The translations under genes and the position numbers were made by a program. Shown one piece after another: positions 1-13,420 of a stretch of DNA of 64,000 nt. The stretch comes from Paraspadella gotoi. Taxonomy: Eukaryota; Animalia; Chaetognatha. Each line of letters opens with the position of its first letter. Position 1 is the stretch's first letter. Location of the stretch: assembly GCA_051294375.1 (NCBI GenBank), contig JBJCIZ010000028.1, positions 1,239,576-1,303,575 on the forward strand. Reading direction: 5' to 3'. The notes beneath the pieces are model-generated. The model ran no database searches, was not told where the DNA came from, and saw only the letters and a program-made list of their open reading frames with translations.

Positions 1-1402
1 GCAGCCGCGCAGCAGGCTTGAAAACTCTTCGAAATCCTGCTGCGTCTTGGGATCGATCTGGAGATAGTCGATGAGAGGGCGAGCGTTGACGATCCCGTTG
101 ATGCTGAAAAGCATCGAAACGAAGACATACTGGAGGTTGGCGATGAGGCTGCGGAAACGAGGGGCGTCGGCGGCGGGATCTGCCGCTGCTGCGGCGGCGG
201 CCTTCTCCTCCTCATCCTCCTCAGGATCGGAGCGAAACAAGAGATTCCTTATCGTGGGATCGTGAAACCAAAGCTGAAGACAAGAGTTGATGTAGCAGGT
301 GCCGCCGAGATTCTCGAGCCCGACCCACTTGGACTCGAGACGCGGGAAGAAGAGATCCTCCAACTCTCTCGTCCACTGAGAATCGTCGATGTCATCCCAA
401 CGACCTTCGCCGATGTTGTGGAGGCAGAAGGGAGAAGAGCAACGGAGGCAACGAGGCTTTTGGCGGCAACGGGGGAAGTTGAAGCAATAGGTTTGACGGA
501 GATGGCGATCACCGATAGCGTTGAGGTCGCTGATGCTGGGGAGGGGAAGGTTAAGTTGGGAAAGTAGGAAGTGGATTTTTTAACTTAGAATTCTACCATA
601 TTTAAAATTAATGAGAAATTATTACTTCGATCCCTTTGCGAGCGATTCAACTCCTCACCTTGCGATCCAATTCCATCTCTCGGCCTCTGGATTCTTCCGA
701 TTCTTCATCTTCTTCGTTGGTTTATTATAATCGTCGTTGTGGTTGTTGTTGTCGTCGTCGTTGTCGTCGTTTTCCGCAAAAACGTCGTCTTGAACGGCCT
801 CGCGATTCGTCGGTAACGGGTGACGCTTCCGACGGCGACCGGACCACGGAACGGAGACTGCAGTGGACAGTTGGGTTAAAAATCAGACATTTCACATTCA
901 AGTCCAAAAATACAAAACTTGGGTAATATATGAGCTCAGAACCGCCGCCCCTTCTGTTTGAAGAAACAAAAAAAAAACCTAAAGAATCGACGTCGTCGTC
1001 GGCAGCGTCCTTGACCGCTTCAGCAGCAGCGTCTGCAGCAGCTTCGGCAGCAGCTTCGGCGACGACGTGATCGAAATCGGTGATCAAACTTCGTCGAATT
1101 GCTTCTTCCAATTCCTCCTCTTCAGACGCAGCGAGACCTTAAGACAAACCAAATCTCATACATTAAATATCACTAAATAAATATCATCACAAAATACTAT
1201 CACAAATTATCACGGAAACGAAAATCGCATAGCTTATAACGTAGCATTAACTTAACAACACATCAAACGTTAAAAAAGTCAAAATAAACATCACTAATAA
1301 CGAAATTCTATCATAAACGCTTGACCCACTACCTGCTTCAACATCCTGCAGCATTTCTGGGAAGGACCGCAGCAACCGCAAAGTCTCCGAGATGGAATTC
1401 AT
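1..1402 (-). CDS. USP48: USP48-like ubiquitin-specific protease, 5' exons (gene continues beyond window start)
   Basis: Minus exon 535->1 reads ...CLHNIGEGRW...VGLENLGGTCYINSCLQLWFH (Cys box)...LQYVFVSMLFS...QQDFEEFSSLL, matching recalled USP48 ([31 protein letters not shown]). AG acceptor at 536-537. Putative first exon 1402-1333 (ATG...CAG|GTAGTG). Low-complexity exons between them are less certain. Confidence 0.8.
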
Positions 1403-1866
1403 GAGTCAGTTGAGTCATGGTGGGTATTTTTCCAAGTGGGACTTCGCAAGGCTGAGGATATGCTGGGGATCGGCTGAGGATCGGCTGGGGATCTTCTAGA
1501 GTCTAGGGATATGAGGCTGATTCGGTTGGCGATTTCGTGACAAGGCTGATCGGATTTTAAATTCTACAAAATTCTGGAAAATGTTAAATCTATGAAACGA
1601 CGGTACCTATATATCGACAATTTATAAATAAGCGAAAATATGTAGAAAACAAAAACAGTAATTCGAAAAGTAGGTAATTTAAATACATCGTCATGAGACG
1701 CCTTGTATATGCTATATGGCACAGCAGCATTTAGAAACCCCGGCATTTCAGGACAGTAGCATCAAGACGACGCTGCGAATCGAACCTGTCGCAAATAAAC
1801 GCCGTTGAAATTCATCAACGCCGCATCGCTACAAAGTCGCCGTCAATCCATCAATGCGACAAATCC

Positions 1867-3434
1867 TCAAATTTGGTGCAGAAACTTATTCAAAATAAAA
1901 TCCCGTCCCGACCTCGTGAAAGCGCAGTCGGCACGGCGCTTCACCGAGTGAATGTCTCGTCTTATTTCGGTGCGGGCGGCGCCGTCTCCTGTCCCTGCCG
2001 GCCACCAAACGACGCCGTGTTTTGTACGTCGTGACGCGCGGCCGAGGGCGCGCTCGACGTCGGCTTCGACAGAGGAGGGCGTCCTCGTCGGCGTCGTCTT
2101 TATCATCTCCGGACGACGAGGTTTTAGCGTCGGGTTAGGGAGACCGACTTCGTAGAACGAGGAGGAAGAAGAGGAAGAGGAAGGAGGAAACTCTGTCGTC
2201 GTCGTCGGTTTCGACGATTTTGACTCTAAGAGGGCGTTGTTGTTGTTGTTGTTGTCGTTGTCGGCTTGAAGTGGACGAGGATCAGAACGAAGGTCGGCGA
2301 CGGGAAGATTCTTGTTCATATTGTCGACATTCTGTGAATATAAATCAGAAAATTATCATGTTTATTATTTTTAAAATACAAAAAGATTTTCTACGTATAG
2401 GATCTTGATAAGGATCTTGATAATGTTTCGTTCACGAAGCCCAAAATCAGATATATCGTGTTTCTGAAGAAAAGAAAAATCCTAATGTTATTTTAAGTAT
2501 GCCATCCCAATCGTTTAACGCGTCGGAAGGAGGTGACTGTTAGACTCAAATTTCTTAAAGGATCTTATCTTGTTTGTTTGTTTGTTTGTTCATATTCTAA
2601 TATATTTAAGTATCAATCCCTTTTTATTTTGTTTACATATCACGTGATATTAAAGAAGCATCTTAAAATAAAAACCGCTGATCAGACATCAACGATTGTC
2701 CCAAGCCTCCAATGTCATTCGGCCAAATGCCCCGCGCCACGCAGAATAGCCGATTAGCCGAAAAGACGAAAAGGCGAAATAACCAAAAATGCAAGTAAAC
2801 AATTTCTCACCTTGTCTCTCTCTATATTTAACTTCATAGCAGAGAGCGCCGCGATCGGAATACGAATGCGCGCCACGACGGGTCCGCGGCGGCGTCGTTC
2901 GACCGCGGCGTCGATAGTGGGCGTTTCTCCGGCGTGTGACGGTTGACGATCGATTAAGAGGCCGGGAGATTCGGATGTATCTCTTACCGCTCTAGAGTCA
3001 TCGCCGAAGAGCGGCGTTGATTTCGGCTCCACGTTTACGTCAGCGGCGGCTGCGTCCTCTCGAGGTCGAGTCCTCTCTTCGTCATTAAGGGCGCCGTTTC
3101 CCCAAACCGACGCCGTCCGAATCATCGAAGGCGAGTCTTTGACTTTGGCGAGATGATCGATAAGCGATCGACTCTCGTCAACCGGGGATTCCTCGTCAGT
3201 CGCGCCGGCGACGTCGGCGCCCCTTTGCCGCGCACCACCGTCGGCGCCGTTTACAACCGGGATTTCTTCTTTGACTTTAAAAAGTGGGCATTCCCTCAAC
3301 TTGAGCCAATCCTCTTCGGAGACGAGGAATGCCTGGCGAGGGACGCCCCGACCGAAGGAAACGATCGTCGGCGTCGGAGTGGTGAGAGATTGAAGGCGAT
3401 CGACGGAGGAGGTCGTCCAATCGTCGAGTTGCAT
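1867..3434 (-). CDS. Uncharacterised, largely disordered protein (2 coding exons: 3434-2811, 2331-1867)
   Basis: Two GC-rich ORFs join in phase 0 through AAG|GTGAGA (2811) and TTCACAG|AAT (2331). No family recognised. Confidence 0.55.
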
Positions 3435-3738
3435 CTTTGGGATCGATTGACTGATTGATCGATTGATTTTTCGATCGTTGGAAGAATACGAGTTTTAAGA
3501 TGACGATGGTAATAAAATAAGAAGGTTGCTCTGCGGGGGAGGGGGAGGATGAAGAAATGTCGAAGAAAATGTATAATGTTAACAAAACCGTCACTCTATT
3601 AAAAAAAAAAAATCTCTCCACGAGTCGAAATTTGAGTCAAACGAGAAAGAAAACAAACGAACTTGACATTGAGAGTCAGAAAGAGAAAAAGTCAGGTCCG
3701 TCCATTCGTCAGTTTGGAGAATCGAGAAACAAAACAGG

Positions 3739-3793
<55 letters not shown>

Positions 3794-5028
3794 ATAAAGA
3801 TCCTCCTCCGCTTCGAATCCTGTTTTTCAAGGCCGAAGTCGAGGAGGAGGAGGAGGAGGAGGAGGAGGAGGATGTGGAACTTTAAAGGCCAAGCGCTGTT
3901 CCAAGCTCAGCTGGTTTATTGTGAGGAGGAAAAGGAGGAGGAAGAAGAACAGGAGGAGGAAGAGGAGGTAAAAGAGGAGAACCTAAGTTCAAAGTTCCGG
4001 TCGAAGCTGAACGATCAACGATCAACGATCAACGAAGCTGGAAACTTTAGTGTACTGAAGTGTTCCACCTTGTGTCCCGATTTCTCTCTCTCTCTNNNNN
4101 NNNNNCTCTCTCTCATTCTTTTTGAGAAAAACTATGGTAGGTTAAGAAACTCTTTCCGGCCGAGGGCGGGCCGAAGGGTCAAAGCCACCAAAACACAACG
4201 TCTCAACAATGAGTTTTGAATAAAGCGACGGAAGTTTGGGTTGACCAATGACCGCCATCGACCACGAGGTGCGAGCGTTTTTTTTCCTTTAAAAATCTGA
4301 ATGAAGATTCATTTCCTGCATGAATGAAAAATGAATAATTCAATCTCTGAATGAAGATTCATTTCTATGAAAGGACGGTTTTGAATGAAGTGTACAAATC
4401 ATGAGCACAACTAGAATACATAATATATGAAGATCGTCCAATCAGAAAGCGGATACTTTCATAACAACACATTACATAATTTTATATAAAATTATAAACA
4501 AAAGAGGCGAAATCTTGGATCTGATGAAGAGAAAGAAAAGTTTGAGAAAAACTTAAGCAGATCGAAGGTTGATCACCGATCAGTTCGAGAAAATAACAGA
4601 CAATAATCAATTGATAATAAATCATTAGGAAATTATTTCTTTTACGGCCATTCAAACCAAAAGCATGAAAGATTTAAACGGAAAAGAAATACGCAAAGGA
4701 TTCTCAAATTTTTTATGCATACAATTACAAAGCGAACTGTCCAAACAAATCATTAAATAAATACAATCAATTCTATTTTATATCGAGCGAATTTCACTTT
4801 GCAAAAAAAAACCCCAAAAAATATCACTGGAAAAAAAAATTCTCATTTCGAATAGACGACATATATTTTCATTCATATAATTATAAATTAAGAGAGTATA
4901 AAATATATATAAGTGTAAAGACTATTTTATTACGTTATAAATCATATTTTTACAAACGCGTACGAGAGGTATCGTTCCAAGCGGAGCGGATAATAATTAA
5001 TTAATTAGTTAATTATTAATAATAAAAT

Positions 5029-5916
5029 TCAGCTAAAATCTCTGAGCACCGATCTCTCCAACGTAAAGTCGTAATCGAACTCGTCCAAGTCTAATTGATG
5101 CCAGCGCCGCGACAGAGCTGCATCAGCGCCGCCATCGCCGCCGCGCGACCGCACTTTCCTCTCCAATTTCTTCTCCAAGCAAAATCCTCCCTTCAGATTT
5201 TTCAGCGTCAAGAAATTGTCGGCGGCGTCGGCGCCGCGAGAGACGAGGAGGCGCGGATCGGCGCCGGGCGTTTGCGGCGCCGATTCCGTCGTGCCGGGAG
5301 GAGATTTGCGGAGCGGATCGGGGACGACGCCGAAGGAGGACGCTGGCGGCGGGGCGGCGACTGCGGCGGCGTCTTCGAGACCGACTCTGTCCAGCCGCGC
5401 GGCGAGGTTGGGATCTTGGACGACGTTGCCCGGCGTCGCGGCGCCGGAGGTGAGGTCGGCTTCGGAGGCAGAAGCGGCGCCTTCATCGATTCTCTCCACG
5501 AAGACGAATCCGTCACGGTCGGACTCCTCGAGAGAAAGGAGAGGGAGGGGGAGAGAGAGAGTGGGGGGGGGTTACACAAGAAGTTAGTCAAAAATATACC
5601 ACAAATATAACAAAAGGCCCGAGCGAAATGACAACGAAAGAAATTCCCATAAAAAGGGAAAATGAGTTTTTGCTTAAAAAACCTAAATTTTGGTTCGTTT
5701 GATGCGTCGAAATGAGGCAATCCTCACCTCAACTGGAAATCACGCCTCACGACTCACCTGAATGCAGCTGGACGACGAGGAGCTGCGGACTCGAGGGACA
5801 TCCACGGCAGAGACTGAGTTATGACCGCCGCCGCCGCCGCCCGATTTCCGCTTCTTGTTCTTAGCCTTTTGACCGCCGCCGCCGCCGCCGCTGAAAACGT
5901 TTTTAAGAACCTCCAT
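5029..5916 (-). CDS. UMAD1: UMA-domain protein (UMAD1-like), 2 exons 5916-5758 and 5526-5029
   Basis: Has the N-terminal DGFVFV motif and C-terminal EFDYDFTLERSVLRDFS*, resembling UMAD1 (DGFVLL...YDFTLENSVL). The exons join in phase 0. Confidence 0.7.
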
Positions 5917-6046
5917 CGCCAGCGGTGGGGGGGGGGGCAGTTGTTGTTGTTGTCAGTGAAGCGAATTTCAAGTGGAGTTCGACCGACCGACCGTTGATTG
6001 AGTTAGTACATGTAGATAGCCTCTTGTTTTTTCAAGCTAAGAATAA

Positions 6047-6103
<57 letters not shown>

Positions 6104-6658
6104 TAATAATCAGGAAAATATTTACTGATATAAAACACGAATCATTTTTCACCATAATAAAGAATTTATCGTTTGCGTTGGGAGTAACGACGGATGAAGA
6201 AAAAGTTTTTTTTTGGAAATATCTGGATTTTCAAAAACGTCCATAGTTTTAATTTGAAAATACAATTTGATTTCAAACATCAAAATTATTATTATTATTA
6301 TTATATTCGAATAAAATCGCATATAATATCAGACAAAATGTAAAAGAAGAGAGAAGGATCTCGGTTTTTGAAAATATCCGCATTTTCTTTTTTTTTTTCA
6401 TCCATCTAATAACAGAGAAAATTGATAATCCATAATTTATAATCTCGTTTTTATGGTATAATTAATTTGATTTAGAAAAAAATAGTCGAGTAATAAGTAC
6501 CAAAAATTAAAAGTCGATTCTCCCATGAAACTAACAATTATGCATTAAAGAAATAAAAAATAGAGAAAATCAAAACAACTTTTTATTATTAAAGTATCGT
6601 ACGATCCGCAGGCCGGCACAAGCGTAATTAACTACTATAAAATTTGGGCGAACGAATA

Positions 6659-7393
6659 CAGAAGGCTTCATATTATAAAATGTGGTACCCATTTTTTGTG
6701 ACCAGAATCTGTTCCCACCAAAGTACTCGATCGAATTTTATGAAATTTTACATATACAGTCCTAATGACGATATAAATGGAACTATCGAGGAGAATTTTG
6801 ATATTCAACCCCTGACAAGAGATACAGAGTCCTGGGGCTGGACCCCTGGGGGGCCAAAAAAGGCTAAAAAATTTTTTTTTTTAATATTTTAATATTTTTT
6901 AGTAGCATCAGGTGCATTGACGTCTTAAACATGTAAAAAAAAATATTTTAGAACTAAAATTGATAAATTTTAAATAATTAAGCATTGTTTGAAGATGCAT
7001 GGTTCATTGTTTTACTTCCAATTTTCCAAAATTATTCCAAATCTGACTTGAACAGCTGATGTTCATAAAGATGAAAATTAAGGTCAACTAACATTTTTGA
7101 GGTAATAAATAGGTTTTTGTGGAAGAGTAAACGTCTGTGCAACTGTTCAAAACAAAAATATTTGAAAATGCTGTAAAAATTTTTTTACCATTTTTTGCCT
7201 CAATGGGTGACCCCCCAGAGGGCCCATATGTCGGCTCAGGGGTCAATTATTGAAATTTGCCTCGATATTTCTATTTGTATTCACATAGGGATCGTTTCAT
7301 TCCAAATTTCAATAAATTTGGTACAGTAGTTTTATCGGAACGTGTTCTGGTCACAAAAAAGGGGTACCACATTTTATATTATAAAGCCTTCTG
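6659..7393. mobile_element. Non-autonomous TIR element (MITE, Tc1/mariner-like termini)
   Basis: TA|CAGAAGGCTT...ATAAAATGTGGTACCC...TTTTTGTGACCAGAA at the left end and its reverse complement ending ...AAGCCTTCTG|TA at the right. The degenerate inverted repeat extends about 220 bp. No transposase ORF. Confidence 0.8.
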
Positions 7394-8679
7394 TATTTGA
7401 TTGTGCAATCGGTTTATTTATAAATATTATTACATCGTTTGTGGTTTTTAAAGATTTTATAATTTGACCAAATATTGTTCGTTGGCTGTCGAGTGTCCAA
7501 GCGAACGGGTGAACCGATTTTGATCCGAGGTTGTCTCGTGGAAACGGAACAAAAGCCACTCAACTCGTCCTCGATAAAAAGAAAGAAACTTTAAATACGT
7601 AATTAAATATTAAAGCGCTAAAAGTGACAAAGGTTAAAGAAATTGAAATCAGGTGTGTAAATAAAAAATAAACGTCTTGTAAAATTATCAACTCTTATCG
7701 GGAACAATGATTAATGAAAGTGATAATGAGTGATAATAAGTGATAATAAGCGCCATGAAAGTGATAATGAGTAAAGGGATCTTTCAATTAGTTAATCCAG
7801 TGATTTAGGGATAAAAGGGGAAACAAATAATAAAATGAGTAAAACTCAAATATGTAAATTGCAAGGAGTAGAATTGATCGGTGGGAGAAAGAGTGAGACA
7901 CTTCGAGTGACTTGAAGATCGAAAGTTCACCAGTCCGTCAGTCTATCCATTTTCTTATTTTATAATTCTTACCTTATAATTCATTCTGTATCTTTGACTC
8001 TAAAGCAGCATGGTAGAAAAAACAGAGTCTGTAGCAAAAACCTTCCGAAAAAGCAAGATCCAAACCCGTCAAAGCCGCTTTAATTATAAAGCAAGACCGG
8101 CGAAAAAAAGCACTCCTTTTCAAGTAAAGCAAAAACCTCGAGATGCTGGAAATCGTTCTACAATCACAACAACAACTAAACCAACAAAAAAAATGCAACA
8201 GATTTTTTCTTAGTATATTACTAAATTAGATATGAGGTCATAAATATTCTTTGCGCATAGTATTTTTTTTTTAAAGTGTCGTGTTATTAAACATTGGAAA
8301 ACCCAAAAAAAGTTTATCTATTGGAATAGAACATAAAGGCATGACACTTTGAATAATTTACTGCTATATGCAAATAAGATGGGCTCGATATCATATCACT
8401 GGGAGTAAATAAATAAGACTGTGAGAGAGTCTTGATTGAAAGCTTGCAGAAACTTGCTATGTTATTATCTTGTAAGTGTGATGGAGGCCTTAAACCACCG
8501 AAGCCAGTCCAAAGTCAGAGACAAGATAGCTTATTTATCAAATGAATGGATAATTTTTATAATGGTTGTACCAATTTCATAATATACTAAGAAACCATCT
8601 GTTACAATATAATCTGTTACATCTGTTACCATCTGTTACAATATAAGCGCGATCGAAAGAAAGAGCGAGCTTTTTTTTT

Positions 8680-11600
8680 TCATTGAACATCAGAGAGCTT
8701 GAGTCCCGAAGAGTCGGCGTCGTCTTCGTCGCCGCAGTTTTTTCTGGCGTCGAATTCTTCAAGGATGTCCGCGACGACCTCATCGGCGGAGACGCATGGC
8801 GGGAGATCCGCCCGCCGCCGGCGTTCTTCCGCGTATTCCTCGGAGGCTTTGAGCCATAGCATCGTGTTTTTCGTTCCGGAACTCAAGTCGCGCCGATGAC
8901 CGCGTTTCCACGAAGAGTCTCGCTCGATGGCGCCGGTTGAACCCCCGGCGACGGAAGATGAAGCGATGGAAGCGAAAGGCGGCGTCGCGGCGTCGGCTGC
9001 GGCGCCCGACGAGGGTTGGCGGAGATGAAAGACTTTTTGGACAGAGGAAGAAGAGGCAAAGACGCCGGAGTGAATGGAAGCGGCGCCGCCGTCGCCCGAG
9101 CGGCGCTTTTGAAGAGAGCGCGTTTCGTCATCGCGAAGACGAGGTCTGGTGGGCGGGGTGCCGACTCGAAGGTGGGCGTGGCTGTTGAGAATAAGAAGAA
9201 TTTGAGTAAGAAATCGAAAGCGAGGCTCGGAAACTTAAAACCTAAAGCAACAGACGGGTTGCCTCTTGGGATGGGCATCTCACTGTTGGCTTTTAGGGCT
9301 TCCGACCCTCAGTGACGCCGCCTAACACTGGCGCGGTTACCCAAGGACGGTCTCGCTTTGCCAAGGCAGAGTCCGTAGGTCCGTGGTTAAAACGCAGGGT
9401 TGTGATGGTGCGTTCCCCCTCTGAGCCAATGAGATTGGCTGAATAATCTAAATAATTTATCCTTGAATCAACACAGAAATCCCAACCAAAATCCAATTCA
9501 TAATCCTCCATATATTCCGCTTCAACTCCCCCCCCCCCTCGTTCTCACTCTTTAACGATCGGACTGACGATTTCCTCGATCCCAACCCTAGCTACATCCG
9601 GGGACGAGAACGACATCCGGCGACGCCGCGTCGAGTCCAGCGGCGCCGCGAGGCTGGCGTCGTTCGCCGTCACGAAGGCCGAGTCGTCGTCGTCGTCGTC
9701 CTCGACTGGGAGGGAGTCGTCGGCGTCGCCCGTGTCGGCCACGAGAGCGTCGGTAGAGGCGTCGGCTTCCGGAAGCGAATCCGGAGGCGTGGCGGGCGAG
9801 TTGGAATCGTAGGCGGCGTGAAAGCGGATCGAGCTTGGGAAAGAGACGGGAAAGATCATTCATATTGACTAAACTTACTATACATACTTAATTTCATAAC
9901 TTAATTCACTAAATGAACTTGCCAGATCCTAACTTACCCAATGTCCTGGTACCAACTGGAAAGGTCGCCTCTGCCCTGAACTTCCCATTCTTCAAAGGAA
10001 TCGTCGACCCGAGAGATGTTAGGGACTTTGTAGCAGGGATCGCCTTTCTGGGAAAGAGAAACATAACCATCAATAGTAGGGCCAATCTTTGTCAATGGTG
10101 TGGGTCAGAAGTTTGTTTTCGGAACCTTCCCAAATGAAATTTCATACATTTCTGAGAAAACTTTCAATGGACCAAAATTGTCTAAAATGGCTTGAAGCAC
10201 TAGTAATTAATTTTTTAATATTTATTTATAGATAATAAATGTCAAATTTTTTTTTAAATTTCAAATTCAGATAGCTTATGAAAAGTTGTCTACATAAAGT
10301 ATAATTATTTTTTCAATATTTTGATGATAAGTGAGTCAAAATTTGAAAAAACTTGTAATAATCATCCTCATCAATCGAAAATTTTAATAGTTTTTACTAA
10401 TTTTCAGTAATAAAACATCAAAATTTTAAAAAGTTGTAATTACATTTTGGTTCGGAACATTTTTGCAAAAAAATATTTTAACACAATAACTAATATAAAT
10501 AATATATTCGTTTAATGCTGTTCCCATTAAAATTTTAAATTGGTTGGCTACCGCTATCAATAGGGATCGCCTGTTTTTTGTTATAAAATATTACTATAAC
10601 TTTCTGTTAAGTAAAATATTAGGCTGGCGTTTCTCACCTTTAGCTTCATATCGATCGTCACGTAGAGAATCGAGTTGTCCATGTTTTTAGAGTCGTATCC
10701 TTCAAGAATTCCTGCCAGGAAATTAAGGGGGGGGGAATAGATCGTAAATAAATATTAAATAAATAGCAATAAGTTCAGACGGTTATAAAGAAAACAACTG
10801 GCCTAACTACAACGACGACAATAAACATTCCAGACTTAAGCCAGCAACAAAGACAAATATGCAATTATCCATCTGTCCTTCGATCCGTGATTCGGAACCC
10901 AAATCTTGTCCAGACTCACTCTTGATGGAGACCAGTCCGCCTCTCGCGTGTTCTGCCAAATCAACGTCCAAAAATCCCATTTTCTTCGCCGTCACCTGAA
11001 AAAATGGATTTGAAGGAAAATGTTTGTTCTATTGCCTTAAAGGTTTAATATTAATATTTTACATTATTTATTTGTGGTTCAATTAATAGCCAAATAATTA
11101 TATTGACAATATTGTTGACAATCTCAAAGACTTACCGATGCGTAATATTATCATTAATGATTATTAACGGATGCTAATGATATATTAAATACTATTTAAT
11201 GAATTACGTAATCCATATAAGCTGACCTTCCAAGCCAGCACCTCCCTCCGCACGCTGATCCTGCAGAGAGAGGGTGCCAGCACCCCCGTCTCTTCGTCGG
11301 AACTGAGTCGCGCCTCGAAGTCGACGCCCCAATTCCAGACGACGCGATTCTTGGCGACGGACTCTTTGGGAGAGAAGCGGACCAGGTTCCGACCGTCCAG
11401 GACCCGGAGTTTGGCGAAGAGGACTCCGTTGGCGTAGGGGACCTGGGAAGAGGACCTGGTACGTTACAAGCGGACTTCCTTTGCGTAGGGGAACCTGGCA
11501 TAGGACCTTGGAACTCGTTGTAGGACTTAGTTTCTCGAAAGACCATCATCACGAGCTAACGACAATTCGAATTCCACATCCATTATGTACATTTACTACT

Positions 11601-11864
11601 ACTCGGTCTCACATTTGCATAATAGGTAATGATTGATTTGCATTCGTCTGGTTTTTCTCACATCTCACCAGGGATGTGGAGCGGGCCCCTTTAAGCTGCA
11701 GCTCCACATCCCTGCTCTTACATTTGGAAATTCTTTAATCCTTAATGAGTCTTTAGCCTAATTCAATGTTCTCAATTTGACAGTCATTTCATCGGCGTCT
11801 TTACGACCTGGGAGAGTTCCTTGACTGTGAGAGAGACGGAGAACTCGTACTTTTTCTTTCCCAT
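8680..11864 (-). CDS. EEIG1: EEIG/FAM102 family NT-C2 domain protein; exons 11864-11808, 11442-11227, 10995-10920, 10711-10638, 10047-9938, 9833-9549, 9181-8680
   Basis: Spliced translation MGKKKYEFSVSLTVKELSQ|VPYANGVLFAKLRVLDG...DEETGVLAPSLCRISVRRE...KMGFLDVDLAEHARGG...ILEGYDSKNMDNSIL...KGDPCYK matches recalled FAM102A motifs. All six GT-AG junctions keep frame. Confidence 0.9.
9243..9440 (-). mobile_element. 5'-truncated tRNA-twister element (subfamily A) in the last EEIG intron
   Basis: Similar to 23249-23503. The twister core at 9286-9364 is intact (GACCG / TAA-CCGC-GC / AGGG-TCGGAAGC-CCT). Confidence 0.8.
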
Positions 11865-12263
11865 TTCGAGAAGAGAAAAGAGAGACGAGGGTAAGCGACG
11901 TGACAAAGTGAGCGTGGCCGAGAATTCCTCATCGTAGCATCATTGTTTTCGTTGTTTTTTTTTAGTTTTAAACTTTTTGATTTGGTTTTTTGTTTTGTTT
12001 TGTTTTTTTATGTTTTGTACATAGAGCGGAGAAAAGAATCCGTAAATGCGTTGGAGTAGATTTGAAGTTGCACGACCGATTGTAGACAGAAATTAAAAAA
12101 AATCACAGAAGCGATCAGAGAGATAAAAATCTGAAAACGAAATAATTCAAATGATAACAAGAGATATCTCATAATTGTCACATCTTAATGAAAATCGTTA
12201 AATCGCGAGGGACTGAATGACAATGAAGCCAAAAGGAACTGAGTTGCGATGGTCCTTCTTCCC

Positions 12264-13046
12264 TCATGTAAAATCCTCTTTTCGCGGATTCGGGTCGGGA
12301 ACTCGGCGAAGCACTTTATTCTCCGGCCAGACTTGCTTAAGTTTCCTCGCCCTCGCGAGATGTAATCTCTCAGCGTATCGTCGATCGCTAAGATCAGCTT
12401 CTCTTCCTCTCCAGATCCATTGTTCGTTGTCCTTGGGATAATCAAAGGGATTCGGCTCGTGGTCGTCGTTGTGCGACTCCGGCACCAGATGTTCTTCGAA
12501 CTCTCGAACGAAGGGTCGTCCGAGTTGATCGTGTCTCCACTCGCGACGAGGACGTCCGGGGATGCCCGTCTCCAGCAAGTGAAATGCCTCGTCTCTTTCC
12601 GCGACGACGGCGAGGATGTTCTCCATCGACTCGTCGCATTTGTCGAGTCGATCCGGCGACGGAAAAGAGACGCAGAGTCGACGATATTCTTCCTCCATCG
12701 TTAAGAGGAGATTGACTTCCTTCAAGAGAACGAACCACAGTTGATGCAGATCGGAATTGCTCTTCAGTCTCAGTTCTTCAATATTCCAAGCTCGACCGAC
12801 TCTCAATTCCTTTTTGCCCCAATTGTCTGAATCGTCGAAGAAATCCATGAGAGACGAAGATGAAGAAGAAGTTGAAAATCGGGAGTTTGAGATGGGAGAG
12901 AGAGAAGGGGGAGAAGTGTTGAAAGAATAGAGCTGGAGACGGGGAGTATTAAAAGATCGAAAAGCCGGAAGAGATCGAAAGGGCGACGTGACGACGAATC
13001 GTCGAAAATCCCCGACGTTTCTTTGGACGATCGACTTGAGCGCCAT
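12264..13046 (-). CDS. MRPL47: Mitochondrial ribosomal protein L47 (uL29m), intronless
   Basis: 260 aa with an Arg/Ser-rich transit-like N-terminus and LMDFFDD...VGRAWNIEELRLKSNSDLHQLWFVLLKEVNLLLTM...FPSPDRLDKCDESMENI, characteristic of MRPL47. Confidence 0.95.
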   Translation of the reverse strand: MALKSIVQRNVGDFRRFVVTSPFRSLPAFRSFNTPRLQLYSFNTSPPSLSPISNSRFSTSSSSSSLMDFFDDSDNWGKKELRVGRAWNIEELRLKSNSDLHQLWFVLLKEVNLLLTMEEEYRRLCVSFPSPDRLDKCDESMENILAVVAERDEAFHLLETGIPGRPRREWRHDQLGRPFVREFEEHLVPESHNDDHEPNPFDYPKDNEQWIWRGREADLSDRRYAERLHLARARKLKQVWPENKVLRRVPDPNPRKEDFT

Positions 13047-13301
13047 CGTTGGCAGGAAACTTCTATAAAAACGGGAACAATAAGCATAAACAATTATCTG
13101 AACAACCTTTACAAAATAAGAAATACCGGGTAGATACGACGGTAATGATGTTCGTTAAATATATCCGAAATTAATCGATTACCAGCGATATACTATCTAA
13201 ATTAAATCCGAATTGCCCGATAAGAACTTTTCATAAATTTTTCAAAAAACCAACAAACATTAAAGCCATTTCAAAGCTTTTCAAAACTCGACAAATAAAA
13301 A

Positions 13302-13420
13302 GTCAATTTCATCCCTAATCGGAATCAGTTCCAGAGAAGCCGTCGATTTCATCCCTAATCGAAATCAGTTCCAGAGAAGTCGTCAATTTCTTCCCTAATC
13401 GGAATCAGTTCTAGAGAAAC
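13302..13420. repeat. 3 x 40-bp tandem repeat upstream of MRPL47
   Basis: Unit GTCAATTTCATCCCTAATCGGAATCAGTTCCAGAGAAGCC with a few substitutions. Confidence 0.9.

Noticed and set aside
4521-4560. CTGATGA as a possible hammerhead core (also 20283, 39578 and 38047 on minus)
   Set aside because: No stem II followed by GAAA and a cleavage triplet.
10069-10563. Possible MITE in an EEIG intron flanked by ATCAATAG
   Set aside because: The terminal inverted repeats are too weak to support the call.
11560-11807. Apparent frameshift and stop after EEIG exon 1, suggesting a pseudogene
   Set aside because: A donor at 11807 joins exon 11442 in frame, so the gene is intact.
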